The notes under the pieces are model-generated. The model saw only the letters and a program-made list of their open reading frames with translations. It had not been told where the DNA came from and did no database searches. 64,000 bases of DNA from Lama guanicoe. Taxonomy: Eukaryota. Below, piece after piece: positions 25,041 to 37,496 of this stretch (its first letter is position 1; each line of letters starts with the position of its first letter). Position numbers and translations under genes: made by a program. Location: NCBI GenBank assembly GCA_013239625.1, contig MU053304.1:3038001-3102000 (forward strand). Direction: 5' to 3'.

Positions 25041-25432
25041 GATAATAGCCTTCTAATAAGTTGGGTTTGAAATAATTTTCTTATGTTAACCTTATTAGCA
25101 TATTCATTGGCTGAACAAAAAATCAATTGAAGGTCACATTTAAAAAAATTTAAATAACAAATATGAAATGACACATCTATCAAACTAAAGATAGGGAAAT
25201 ACAATTTCAATCAATGTAAAATTATCAAAAAATCAGTTCTCTTTTATAGTTATAAAAAGAGAGATGGGATTAAGAGATGAGAGAGGGAAGAGAACAGGAG
25301 AGCCTATGTGGAACAGAGAAGAAGGGGAAATGAACACAGATTGAAAGCAGTTAACAGCAGAAGTAAAGAAAGAAAGGGGGTCTGTGAGCTGGGGTCATTA
25401 TTAGATACACATAGGTGGAGAATTTTTGTTGT

Positions 25433-27634
25433 CATTATCGGCTTTATTGAGATACAATTCACATACCATAAAATTCACTCTTTTAAAGTGCACAATTCAG
25501 TGTGTTTTAGTGTATTCACAAGGTTATAAAAACTCATCACTTTCTATTTTTAGATTAAAAACGTAAGGAAGAAACTTCATACCCAGAAGCAGTCACTGTC
25601 CCTTCCCCTCTTTTCCCTTAACCCCTCAGCCTAGCTCTAGACCATCACTATTCTATTTCCTGTATATCTGTAGGTGTGCTGGGTTTGAACATTTGATATA
25701 AATAGAATCAAATAATAGGTGGCTTTTTTTTCTACTTAGTATATATGTTTTCAAGGTTCATCCACGTTGTAGTTCCATCAGGATTTCTCTTACTTTTATT
25801 GCCAAATAATATTCCAATGCATAATTTCACCAAGTTTTATGTATCTATTCATCAGTTGATGACATTTGGATCATTTCCACTCTTTGGCTATTATGAATAA
25901 TGCTGCCATAGATGTTCATACAAGTCTTTGCGTGGAGATACATTACTTCTCTCGAGTATATACCTAAGAGTGGAATTGCTGGGTCATACGGTGAATCGTA
26001 CGCTTAACCATTTGAGGGTCTGTCAATGTGTTTCTCAAAGTGACTGCGCATTTTTCATTTCCATCAGTAACGCATAAGGATTTTAATTTCTCCACATCAT
26101 TGCCAACACTTATCTTTCTAATTATGTCACGTCTTTGTGGGTGTGAAGTGGTATGTCACTGTTGTTTTGATTTATATTTACCTAATGACTAATGATGTTA
26201 AGCACCTTTTCATGTGCTTGTTGACCATTTATGTATCTTTGGAAAAAAGTCTTTTCCAATATTTTGTCCATTTTTAAATTGGATTATTTATTTTTATATT
26301 ATTGAGTTGCGGGAGCTCTTCATATATTCTGGGTACAAACATAAGCCCCTTATCAAATATATGACTTGCAAATATTTCCTACCTTTCCATGGCTTGTTTT
26401 TCCACACTTTTTATAGTCTCACTTGAAGCAGAAAAGTTTATAGTTTTGATATAGCCCAATTTGTTTTTCATTTTGTTTCTTGAGCTTTTGGTCTTGTATC
26501 TGAAAAATCATTGCCCAACCCAAGGTCATGAAGATTTACTTCTGTTTTCTTCTAAGAGTTTCATAGTTTTAGCTCCTATATTTAGGTCTATGATCCATTT
26601 TGAGTTAATTTTTGTGTATGGTGTGAAGTAACAGCATTAACATGATTAACATTATTCTTTTGCATGTAAATATCCAGTTGTCCCAGTACCTTTTGCTGAA
26701 AAAACTATTCTCTCCTCCATTGAAAAGTCTTGGTGCCGTAATCAACAATCAGTTGACCATAGATCTGAAGGGTTATGTCTCAATTCTGTTTCATTGATCT
26801 ATATGTCTACACTTCTGCCAGTGTCACATGTCTTGATTAGCGCAGTTTTAAAGTAAGTTTGGGAATCAGGAAGTGTAAGTTCTCTTTTGTTTGTTCTTCC
26901 TCTCTAAGGTTGTTTTGGTTATTTGAAATCCATAATTCCAGATGAATTTGAGTATTGACTTTTTCATTTCCAAAAAGAAGTCAGCGGAATTTTGATAGGA
27001 CTTGCATTGAATCTAGATCAGTTTGGGGAGTGGTGCCATCTTAATACTAATGTCTCCCAGTCCATGACATGGTACATCTTTCCATTCACTTAGAAGCCTT
27101 CTTTATTTCTTTAATAATGTTTTACAGCTTTAAGTTACTTTTTTACTTCTTTTGTTAAATTTATACCTAGATATTTTATTCATTTTATGCTATTATAAAG
27201 GGAATTGTTTTCTTAATTCTGTATTCAAGTTTTTTATTGATATTGTATAGAAATACAGTTGGGTTTTTTTTTGTATATTGATCTTGAATCTTGCAACCTG
27301 GTTGAACTTAGTTTAATGGTTTTTTAGCAGATTCTTTAGGATTTTCTACATACAAGATTATCCTATTTGCAAATTAAGATAGTTACCACTTCTTTTCCAA
27401 TCTAGGTGTCTTCCCCCTTTTCTTGACTAATTATCCTGGCTAGAACCTCCAGCAGAATGATAAATAGAACTTGTAAGAGCAGACATCTCTTCTTGTTCTT
27501 GATCTCAGGGGGAACACATGCAGTCTTTCAACATTAAGTATGATATGAGCTGTGAGATTTTCATAGGTGACCTTTATCAGGTTGAGGAAGTTCTCTACTA
27601 TTTCTAGTTTGCTGAGTTTTTATTATGATGGGTG
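25433..27634 (-). mobile_element. Old LINE-1 (L1MB-like) ORF2 3' part and 3'UTR; continuation of the L1 at 21.3-22.4 kb
   Basis: On the minus strand it begins CACCCATCATAATAAAAACTCAGCAAACTAG...AACTTCCTCAACCTGATAAAGG, which directly follows the AFDKIQHP motif in L1. It ends in an L1MB-type 3' end near 25435. Confidence 0.9.
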
Positions 27635-28897
27635 GCAAGTCAAATAAAACCAGGAGCCAGCTCTATTCTGAATTCCTGCAAGGGTGGTTGTTTCAACCAA
27701 AATGAAGAGCCCCAAACCAGTCTGAGGATAACAGGCTCTATTATCTCAGAGATGGAGACTTGAGGGTCTCCACATGGATGTTTGGGTGAGTGTTTGGACA
27801 CCCATATAAGTCATGACCAAAGAAAGCGGTATATGTTTTATATGTGAAAACCGGGTACTCCTTTTCTGGCCTATGGAGAGACCCTCCAGTTCAGATTTAG
27901 CGTCTCTGTGGGTAGAGGGATTAACATAAAATTCAGCCATCTCCTCTCTGCAGTGTCTGTTCTCACCAGGAGGCTCTTCAGTCGCCTCTGGTCTCCCACT
28001 TGCTCAGTCTCTGTGTAGTCACAGCAGAGGAGTGTCCATTAATGACACACAGGAGGAAATCAGCAGGGCTGCTACAGGACTCACACTAGAAACCAACAGA
28101 TGCAACCAAAGTTTCCTGTCCGGGGCCATAAAACCTCACCTTTCCCGAGGCCAGGAAGGGAAGGCTACCAAGCAGTCTGCAGGTGGTGTGATGATGCTGA
28201 CGAACAGAGGTGATGCTCCTTCCCTGCCCTGACATCTTCCCCAGGAGAACTGCATGGGATGTGCCAGCATCCAAGCCCAGAGTGGGCTCATCCAGACGTG
28301 GGGCAAGACAGCTGGATCTGAAATCACCTCTCTTCTGATGCTGATCTTCTTTCTCTCTCCCCCAGACACACTCCAAATTAGCTGGTCTCCCACCCAAAGT
28401 CCACCACTTTGCTCTTGTCTGGGTCTTGAATGATTTTGTTAATGTGTTTGTTTTTGGCCTGACTGCTCATACTTGCCTAAGGGCTGCTGAAAATTCAAGT
28501 TTTCTCTTACTGTCAAAGTCCTCATCATGATAAATCTCGGACTACATAATCCGCGGTACTTTGAAAGTTGGCAGGTTGAGGCTTTCCATTTAGCAGAGTA
28601 TCTCCAAAGGGTCCACAGGGGTCCTCCTTTGCAGCCAATATGCTTAACAAATGAGGATTTGCCTCCCCTCAACGGTCCCCAAATTGCATTAAGACCAGAT
28701 TTCCTCACCCAACTGACATCCTTCAGTATCTCATTCTCAACGGCTTTGACCAACTCTTTCCCTTAACTTGACAGCATATACTACAAAAACTTGACACAGG
28801 TCAAACAGGTAACATCCCAAAGCTATGGAGGGCCCAGTACATGGACCATTGGTGTTTGTTTAGACACTGGGAAAACGGAAACATTCTTTGCAGGCAT
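27628..28897 (-). pseudogene. ABCG2-like processed pseudogene, 5' half (nucleotide-binding domain to start of transmembrane domain)
   Basis: Intronless and frameshifted. Reads SGLNAIWGPLRGGKSS (Walker A), TLTVRENL, VSGGERKKISI (ABC signature), LDEPTLGLDAGTSHAVLL (Walker B/D-loop), SPADFLLCVINGHSSAV, AEFYVNPS and GIQNRAG..FYLTC, collinear with ABCG2. ATG at 28897-28895. Confidence 0.93.
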
Positions 28898-29224
28898 CTA
28901 GAAAAAAAACTTTCTCTACTGTGATGCCATGGGATGGAATGAATCTTTCCCACAGAATTCTAAGTGGAATCCTGATTTATGAAACTTCCAGGGCCACTTC
29001 TTTCCTGCTGTGGAAAATCACCTCTGCTTAGTATGAATTTTAAAACATGCACATGCCTGCATGCACACACACACATAACACATACATATACACACATACA
29101 CACAAAGGGCGAAGTAAGGGGGAGGAGAGACAAAGGATGGGAATTATTATCGCCCAAAGGAAAGGTCCAGAGGGGATGCCTCATTTAAATGGACTCTACT
29201 ATTCACTGAAGACGATGAAGAGAA

Positions 29225-30160
29225 ATTCATTCGTTCATTCATTCAACAAAGATTTTTGTGCACCTAATTTGTGCCAGAGGCTGTTCATGGCACCTGGGAT
29301 AGAGTGGTAAACAAAACAAAGTCTCTACCCTCATGCATCTTGGATTTTAGTAGATGAAACAGAGAAGAAACAAATAAATTAACATATAAGAAATCTAATA
29401 TTGGATAAGGTCAGGGTTATGAAGAAAGATAAAGTGCGATAACAGGGAAAGGCTGTCCATGGTGCCATTTTACATAGGATAATCAGGAAAGCATCTCTGG
29501 AGGAGACATTGAGCAGAGAGCTGAATAAAGTAAAGGAGTGAGCTTTGCAGGTATTTAGGGAAGAGCATCCAAAGTGGAAGGAACAGGAAGTGCAACATCC
29601 CTGAGACAGGAAAGTGCTTGGGGTGCTTGAGGGCCGGCGGGGCCAGCGTGCTGGAGCAGATGGAGTGAGGGGCACAGTGGCATGAGACAAGGCCAGGGAG
29701 GTGGCCAGGAGGCAAACTAGGTGAGGAGCTCCTTGTTGTTCTAAACGGCACGGGGTGGGATACCACTGGATAGACTAATGTAGGAGGGGAAAATGTGCCC
29801 TGATTTAGGATTTTAAAAGCATCCCTGACTCTGTGAGGAGAACAAAATAGAAGCAAGGAGAGCAATGATGAAGCTTGTTAATACTAGGGTGGACATGGTG
29901 GAGAAGGTCAGAAGTAGCTGGACTGGGGATAGAGTCTAAAGGTACAAAGAACAGTTATTTTATGTAAATTGGGTCATGAATGTGGAAGAGAAAGAAAAGG
30001 TAAGATTGACTCCAGATGTTTTGTCCTGATAACTAAAGGGATGGTAGTTCAGTTTAATCAGATGGGGAGCAGTGAGCAAGGAGTAGATTATTGGGGGAAG
30101 AATGGAATCAAGAGTTCCGTCCCATCTGTAATGTCTAATGGACATGCAGAGAGAGAAGTT
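29225..30160 (-). mobile_element. L2 LINE 3' region
   Basis: ATTCATTCGTTCATTCATTCAACAAA tail; TTTTAAAAGCATCCCTGACTCTGTG and AAGATTGACTCCAGATGTTTTG L2 motifs. Confidence 0.8.
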
Positions 30161-30724
30161 TCTTCCCCCCACATAGGACAGTCTAACCTTGATTCTGTCT
30201 AGTGTAGCTTAGGCATAGCTGAAACCAGACTCAGTCTTGAGGACCATCAATAACTGGTTGGAATCTATATAAAATCACCTTGGAGACCATTTAGTCATTT
30301 TTTGACATTAGATGATACTTAATTCAGCTAAATCTCAGACAAACAAAAAACCAAAAACCTGACTTTCAGTATGGGTGGAAGGATTCGTTGTGTTTCACTG
30401 TATTGTTCTCGTTAATATGTATAACAGAATCTCCCGTTAGTACCACATAGTTTGTTACGTATACAAGAAAAAAATTTTAAAGCAATGATGAACATTCAAG
30501 GGGAAATGTTTTATGTCATTCAAAACTATTTTTCAAAATCCCAGTTTTTCCAAACTATGAGTAGTCATTGCTTAATTCCTTTCCCATGTCAAACATAAAA
30601 TATGACCTATCTACAAGACATAGAAACCACAAAAACTCACAGAGGAGAAGATATACTACCCTCTGGGGGAAAAGGGCTTCTGATACATATATAAAATTTC
30701 TCCTATACATGTGAAAAAAAGCCA

Positions 30725-30821
30725 TTTTTTTCCTTTTAATTTTCAGATTCAATGTCCTTGTGATCATAATTTCTCCTTTTTTTCCTTTTAATTTTCAGAT
30801 TCAATGTCCTTGTGATCATAA
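30725..30821. repeat. 45-bp direct duplication with a 7-bp spacer
   Basis: TTTTTTTCCTTTTAATTTTCAGATTCAATGTCCTTGTGATCATAA at 30725-30769 and 30777-30821. Confidence 0.92.
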
Positions 30822-33800
30822 AGTTTGCTGTTACTAGATGGTATACAATAATGTGGATTATTCCTGACCCATCACTTTAAAATTCTTTTGGTTTTCCAAA
30901 AGTCTAATTTTGCACGGAGAAGTTGGGGATTTAGCTGCCTTTCAAGGAAGCTTTCATTATAATGGAGACAATTCTAAATCCCAAAGTGTATGAGTACTCT
31001 GAAGGTGTTAACAGGAATTTCCCACTATAAATTTTGAAGCCAATGAGTCTCCCTTGGCACTTCAAAATAGTTTGCATCACCAAGTCGTGCAACTGCCCAT
31101 GACTAAATTTTCCTTTCAGATAGAGGATCTGAGCCACAGAGGCAACTTCATCCCTTCAACATGACTGATTTCTTAAATCTTCAAGCCACAGGAAATACGA
31201 ACTTTTCCAATTATAGTATCATCAAACTGGCTGTGCCTTGCTTTACTCAGTCACTAATAGAGCCCCCAAGATTGGATGGCTCACCCAAGACCTGTGTCTT
31301 GAAATCCAGGTTGAAAGAGAAGTTAAAAAGCTACATGAAGCATCATGGGATTAAAATTTCCTAAGAAACTAAACAAACACCATACAATACACCAAAATAT
31401 TCAGCTGGACGTGTGTGTGTGTGTATAACAACAAGGAAACATCTAAATTTGCTGGGAGTACATCGTTAAACCATGTACACTAATTGGCCTGTTACACTCC
31501 AACGTTTGCCTTTATTTTCTGTATTGGCACATTTATTTTAACTTAAGTTTCATCATGCTAAAATTAGGGTTTACTTCTTTGTTAAACATTCTTAAGCCAG
31601 GATGGTATTTTTCCTCAAAGGGCTTTCGCTGATGAAATGCTGTGCTTCCTGGTTTAATAGAGTTTCCTTATAATAATATTCAATGGAAAATGCAACAAAT
31701 ACTATTCAACGGTTTAATGGTCAATTTTAGTATGATGACTTCCTGGTGCGACAAATGGAAGCTAGCCTTTTATGAATTGCTGTGCTGAGAAGGATTTGGA
31801 GGCTGAGTGCAGGACATTGAGAAAAGTTTCACATGTACTGGGAGTGGCTGCTGTGAGGCAAGGTAAGTGATGACGTGAAGGCGGCATATTTATGGACACT
31901 AAAGTCATATCTGCTCTGGGTTCTTTTATTGGTTTTAACATTCAACATTGGTTGAATATTCAGTCTTTTTCTTGCAAAAAAAAATTATCCTAAAGTGTAT
32001 GTGTCCAGCTGAATACATATATCTTCTAGTGCTTTTTCTCTTAAAGGATGAAGAAAGTCTATGAGGCATAATACAGAAAGAACAGAGTTTTAAAGATACT
32101 TCTGCACTTCAAAATATTACAATTATATATACTCTATGGAAAGAAAAAAAAGATATAAGTCAGAAGAGAAACACGAAGATACACTCACCACCTAGAGAAT
32201 TATAGCATTAAAATTTTTCTGTAATCTTCTAGACTTGTTTCTATTCATATATTTAACATAACCTGGATCATAATGCACATGTTTTCAAAAAACCTATCCT
32301 TTCATTTAAGAATGCAGGTAAATCAACCATTCATATCAAAAAATGTACTCTCTATGCTATCATTTTAAATAGCTGTACAGTTTCCTATTGCATGATTATC
32401 CTTGATTTAATTTCCTAGGTTGTTTCTGATTTTCCAGTTTTTATAAACAGTACTACGAATAACGTTCTCTGGATGAATCTTAACTACTTTCTTAAAATAA
32501 GTCTAAGAAGTCCAATTTCAGGGTCAAGAAATGTGTACACATTTAATAGTTTTGAGATTGCAAAGCTGCCTACTAAAAATCTCTGATGGCGTGGGTATAT
32601 TTCACAACACTCAGAAATAGGTGCATTTATTTGGGGATTTATGGCCACAACTACATCTTCTACTCTATTAAATAAAGAGTCTAAAATTAGGCAAATGCAA
32701 CATTACCAACTACTGTGATATGTCCCTTTGCCTCTATCTCAGTAACTGCTGGGGACTTTCTATTCCTTACTGGCACAAAGATAAAATGCCCTGTGAAATG
32801 TGCATGCCACACCCTGAACTCTTAAAGTAAATATTTTGCCAGGGAAATCGAAGAACCGGAAGAAAAGAGCCAGTGGGAGGGAGGAGGGCAGTCCCTATTA
32901 CTCCCGTACTTTCCAGAGGAGCCTCTGGGTGCTGAGTATGTTTATTTAAGAGATCAAAGGTTTTAAAAATATGTAACTGAGTTATTGCTCTGATGATGAA
33001 ATCTTGGTAGCTCCCTGCTGTAAATTTGAAAATTCCCCTGCATGCTTCTCAAAGCTGCCATGCAGTAGGAGTCGGCCACAATAACCTGACTAGGCAGAGA
33101 ATAGTTTGCTAAGGAATATTGCTGGGTCAAGGTATGGATGGAGACCAAGGCCACAAGTTCCTTCAGAGCAGGTGGTTTCACTCTTGAGCCAGGAGTTTCC
33201 ATCTGGTCCTTAGGGACAGCATCAGCTAAAAGGCCAGCATGTGACAGGCTCCAGGTTCTAATATGTAATGTTTAAATATTCCAGTATTATGTAAGTTTGC
33301 TCTGCTTCTATAGGGAAACATTCAACTGTCTACTTGTTATATGTTCTGGAGTTTTTCTAAGACAGACTTAACCTAATTTTTTGTTTAACATAATCTGTGT
33401 CTATTAAGAATATAATCAGCAATGTTTGCAAAAAAATTACACAGAAGAAAATTCATTGCAGCAATACGTGGAAGAGGTAAGAAAATAAAAACACCCAAAT
33501 AGTTCATAATAGAGTAGTGATTGAAATAATTGTAGGATATGCAAAGGATTGAATAATATGTTGCCATTTAAATCATTGCAAATCATTTTATGCCAGGGGA
33601 AATGCTAATGACATTATCATAGTAAGAGCCATAGGACACAAAACTTTAAATAGCCTCTTAGTTCATTAGAGGAAATTGTATGTATTTATATTCATACATG
33701 TAAAAATAAACAGGTTGGGAGGAAATTCACCAAAATAGAAAAAGAAATGACCTTCAGTAGTGGGAGGTTCCCCCCTCCTTATTTTTATACTTTTTTCTAT

Positions 33801-36800
33801 ATTTATTCATTTTTTTTACAATAAACAAATACTGCCTTTATAATCAGAAAGAAATAAACTATTTCCAAAACTACAAATAAAAAGAACCCCATTGTGTAGT
33901 ATATCCATGAAAAAATTACAGTAAACATTGCAAAATTTTTACTGCTCCTCTAATTTCACAGATAGTCCTAGGAGCAACATACTGTGCTGGTGGAACATCA
34001 ATAATACGTTTTGTGTTGGAATTTACAAGATGAAATAGGTGAAAGCTAACCGGAAACAGTTTATATGGGCTGGTAGCTTTTTCAAAATTTAATTAGAAAG
34101 TTGCCTTATTAGGTTAGGAAAAAGTATTCATAAAACAATTTCAGAAATAGATTGCTTTGATGGTTAGGGCTAAAGGATAACTAATTAACCATACCAGTAA
34201 CTTTCTGTGTGATTGGGAAAGCCATCATGTTCTCTGGGTCTTAGCACCTCCATCGGACAATGAGTGCTGTGCAAATACACTCTGAATTCTCTTTCGGAAG
34301 AAATACACTAGTCAATGATACAAGAGAATTCTTTTATAGATCTTATTAATTATCAGCCTCATTTCCACTAGTTTTTTAGAAGAAGAAATGGCTATAAACT
34401 CTTATAGTGTAATAGCCTTATGATTGTTTTTTGTGTGTTTTTACACATTTAAGATTTATCTCTTAGCAGCTTTTTTTAGTAAGTAATCCAGTATTATTGA
34501 CTATAATCTCAATGCTGCGCATTAGATCTCCAGAAATTGTCTTCTAACGGCAAGTTTGTACCCACTGACCAACATCTCCTCAACCCCCACCCCTGGTAAC
34601 CACCCTTCTATTCTATTTCTACCAGTTCCGTATAGCCTTATGATTTGAACCAGCTCATAATAAGCCATTTAACCAGTAGGCTTCGTAACACTTCCTTATA
34701 TTTCACCATGGTCTGACCCTAAGCAAACATCTATTTCGAATCTTGGTATTTTTCTTGGTTCTGTTCCATCACACCATCCTAATCATCCTTCCTCTCACAG
34801 TAGGAGTCAGGCAAATCCTAACACTTGTCATTTGTAACTATATGCATTGCCACTTATGGCACATCTCTCCAGAGCTCACAGGTGCCCACTGGGAGAGAAC
34901 CCGATGATAGACTCAGATAAGCAGCTGGAAGTCTGCACCATGCCCTCAGGCCAAGAGCTACCAATCTGCTTGAGGTTTAGACGTCAGTTCAGGAAGATTA
35001 GATGAATCACTGGCTTGGTTCGAAAGATGTTTCAATAACTAGTGGGTGAGGTTCTGTAGCAGCCACCCAGGAAATGACACCAGTGATATCAGTGCTTTGC
35101 ACTCATTGCTGAACAGGCTCACAGCTTTGCGCCTGCCCTCAACCCCAGCCCATCATATGTAAGGGGGCTTGTGAGTGATGGTAGATGATGGGTCCATACG
35201 ACATGTGGTCCGTACTGGAATAACAATTGGTACAGCATCTCTAGAACAAGTCCAGAAACTTTTATGATGGTCAACCAAAGGGATGTACCTTTCCTACTGG
35301 TTTAATTTGAGCACATCATGGAATATTTCCACACTTCCTGAGGACTACCACATTCCCTCTGTAGAAAATCGCAAGGGAAAACTGTCAGACTCCTTCAAAC
35401 ATCTGTCTCACTCAGACTGAGTTTTCTAGGAAAGAACTTTCTCCCAGAGGTGACTCAAGTGCAGCTGATGATTTTTGCCCAAGCTGAAGGATGAGCAGGA
35501 CCGTGGGGGGAGTAAAACGTTAAGAAAAGCTAAATGATTTCAAGAAATTTCTTCATGCAAGGGATTTTACACCATGGAAGCCACTGGAGAATTCGGCACT
35601 ATACACCTGTGTGTTACTAACTAGTAGAGACACACAATCGTTTTAGAAAGACAGTTATATAAAAAAAATTAAAAAAAATAAAGAAAGACAGTTATAAAAA
35701 CAGGAGCGGAAAACACTGCCGACCCTGAGTGGAACATGAAGCATTTTCACATGAGTCTCTTCAGTCATTTCTCTTACTCTCAATTTATCTTATTTTAATG
35801 TCACTTCATTTTTTTTCAGGTTTGGCTTACTTTCTCTCCCCTTGTTCCTTTTCCTTTTCTTTCTCCCTTTCTTCCTTTCTCACCCTTCCCATTCTTATTT
35901 TTAACATAAAATATAACATATTTTGCTCTGTCTTTCTACTTCTCCTTTTACCCATCTCACTTTCTACACCATGTAATGGTATTCAATACTGTAATCTGCT
36001 TAACCAACTCTAGAAGATATGTTGGCCCTTTTAGTTATTGATAAAAACACATGTATTTACTTTCCTTCCCTGCCCCCAATAGAAAATACATTAGTTGATT
36101 CTTCCACAGAATTTTGGGAGTTAAGAATAAGTTGGCAGCATGGACACATAATTTTAGCCATTACAAATGAGACAGCTTTTGTTTTAGCATGAGAGCAACT
36201 AAGAAAATAATTCAGGCATAATGTTCTTCATCTCTCCAACTCCAAGGAATTCTGACCCTTGTTGAATGTGACAATAAATAACATAATAAAGGGAATAGTT
36301 ACAGCAATTATTTGGAGCACCTGGAAAGCTAAATCTAATTAGCACCTTTGTTAAAGGAGGAACAGAGCAGAAAAGGACACTGAATGTGATGCTTCCTACA
36401 ATTTATAGCAATAAAATACATTGGAAAGACCGAAAAACCTCATCTTTCAGGAATTCCAATCATGCCGAATACATAAATAAGAAATCCACACTGAATGTTA
36501 AACGTGACCAAATTACTCTATAGAATGTGAAAGAAGAACCATTTCAGGGAAGCACATAAAAACCCGTGAGTGTTTGTTGAATATCTGCCATATGGTCAGG
36601 GTGGCTGGAGGAAACAGCCTGGGGCCAGAAGCCAGTAGGACTAAGATCTGGTGGCACCTGGGGTCACACACTAACCACAGTGCTCTGGCCAGACCACTAA
36701 GTTTTAGCCTCAGTTTCTGCATCTCAAAAGGGGGGCTAAATGTGTATGCAAGCATCAGTCAGAGGACCGGTAAGGCTCCACGTGACAACACTTTGCACCA

Positions 36801-37496
36801 TGCAATGTATGCATCAGAGGGAAGCTATTATTGGTTGGTTGATACTGTTTCCACCAGACGAGGCAACGTCGTCAAGGCAAAGAGGTGAAAAGACAGTCTC
36901 GGTGGTTGAGAAGCTTATAATTTCCTTAGAAACATAAAACATAAATCAGTGAGAAAGTGCTCATAGCAAGCACATATATAGCCACTCTGTGGTAGGCATT
37001 TTCGCAGGTGCTTCATGTATGTACCTTTGCTTAATCATTACAATAATATTATAGATTAAGTACTAATATATACACTATATATATATATGTGTGTGTATAT
37101 ATATATATATATGAGAAACACATATATAAGAATGACTAGTATGATTCCCACTTAACAAGTGAGGAAACGGCTACAAAGAAATATGAAGTAACTTGCTCAG
37201 AGTCACAGACGGTACGAGAAGTGAGATTTAAACCCAGGAGTAAAGAGGGGATGGTGGGGGGAAGGAAGGGAGGAAGAAGATAAAGGAGGGGGAGAAGAAG
37301 AAGAAAAAGATGGAGAAAGAAGAAAACAAGGCTCTAAATTCCGTGTTTCAGATTGTAGGTTACCAAAGGAGGTTTATTTTTTAAGGTAACCAACAACCCT
37401 TTAAGACCCACTCTAATGAGCATTCTCAAGGAAACAAAGATATTTAAGAACTACTCTCTGTCCTTAGAGAAGTAAGTGAAGTGTGGCAATATTAAA

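Noticed and set aside
27746..28753. ORF-track fragments as a functional ABC transporter
   Set aside because: Multiple frameshifts and stops, and the C-terminal half is inverted. It is a pseudogene.
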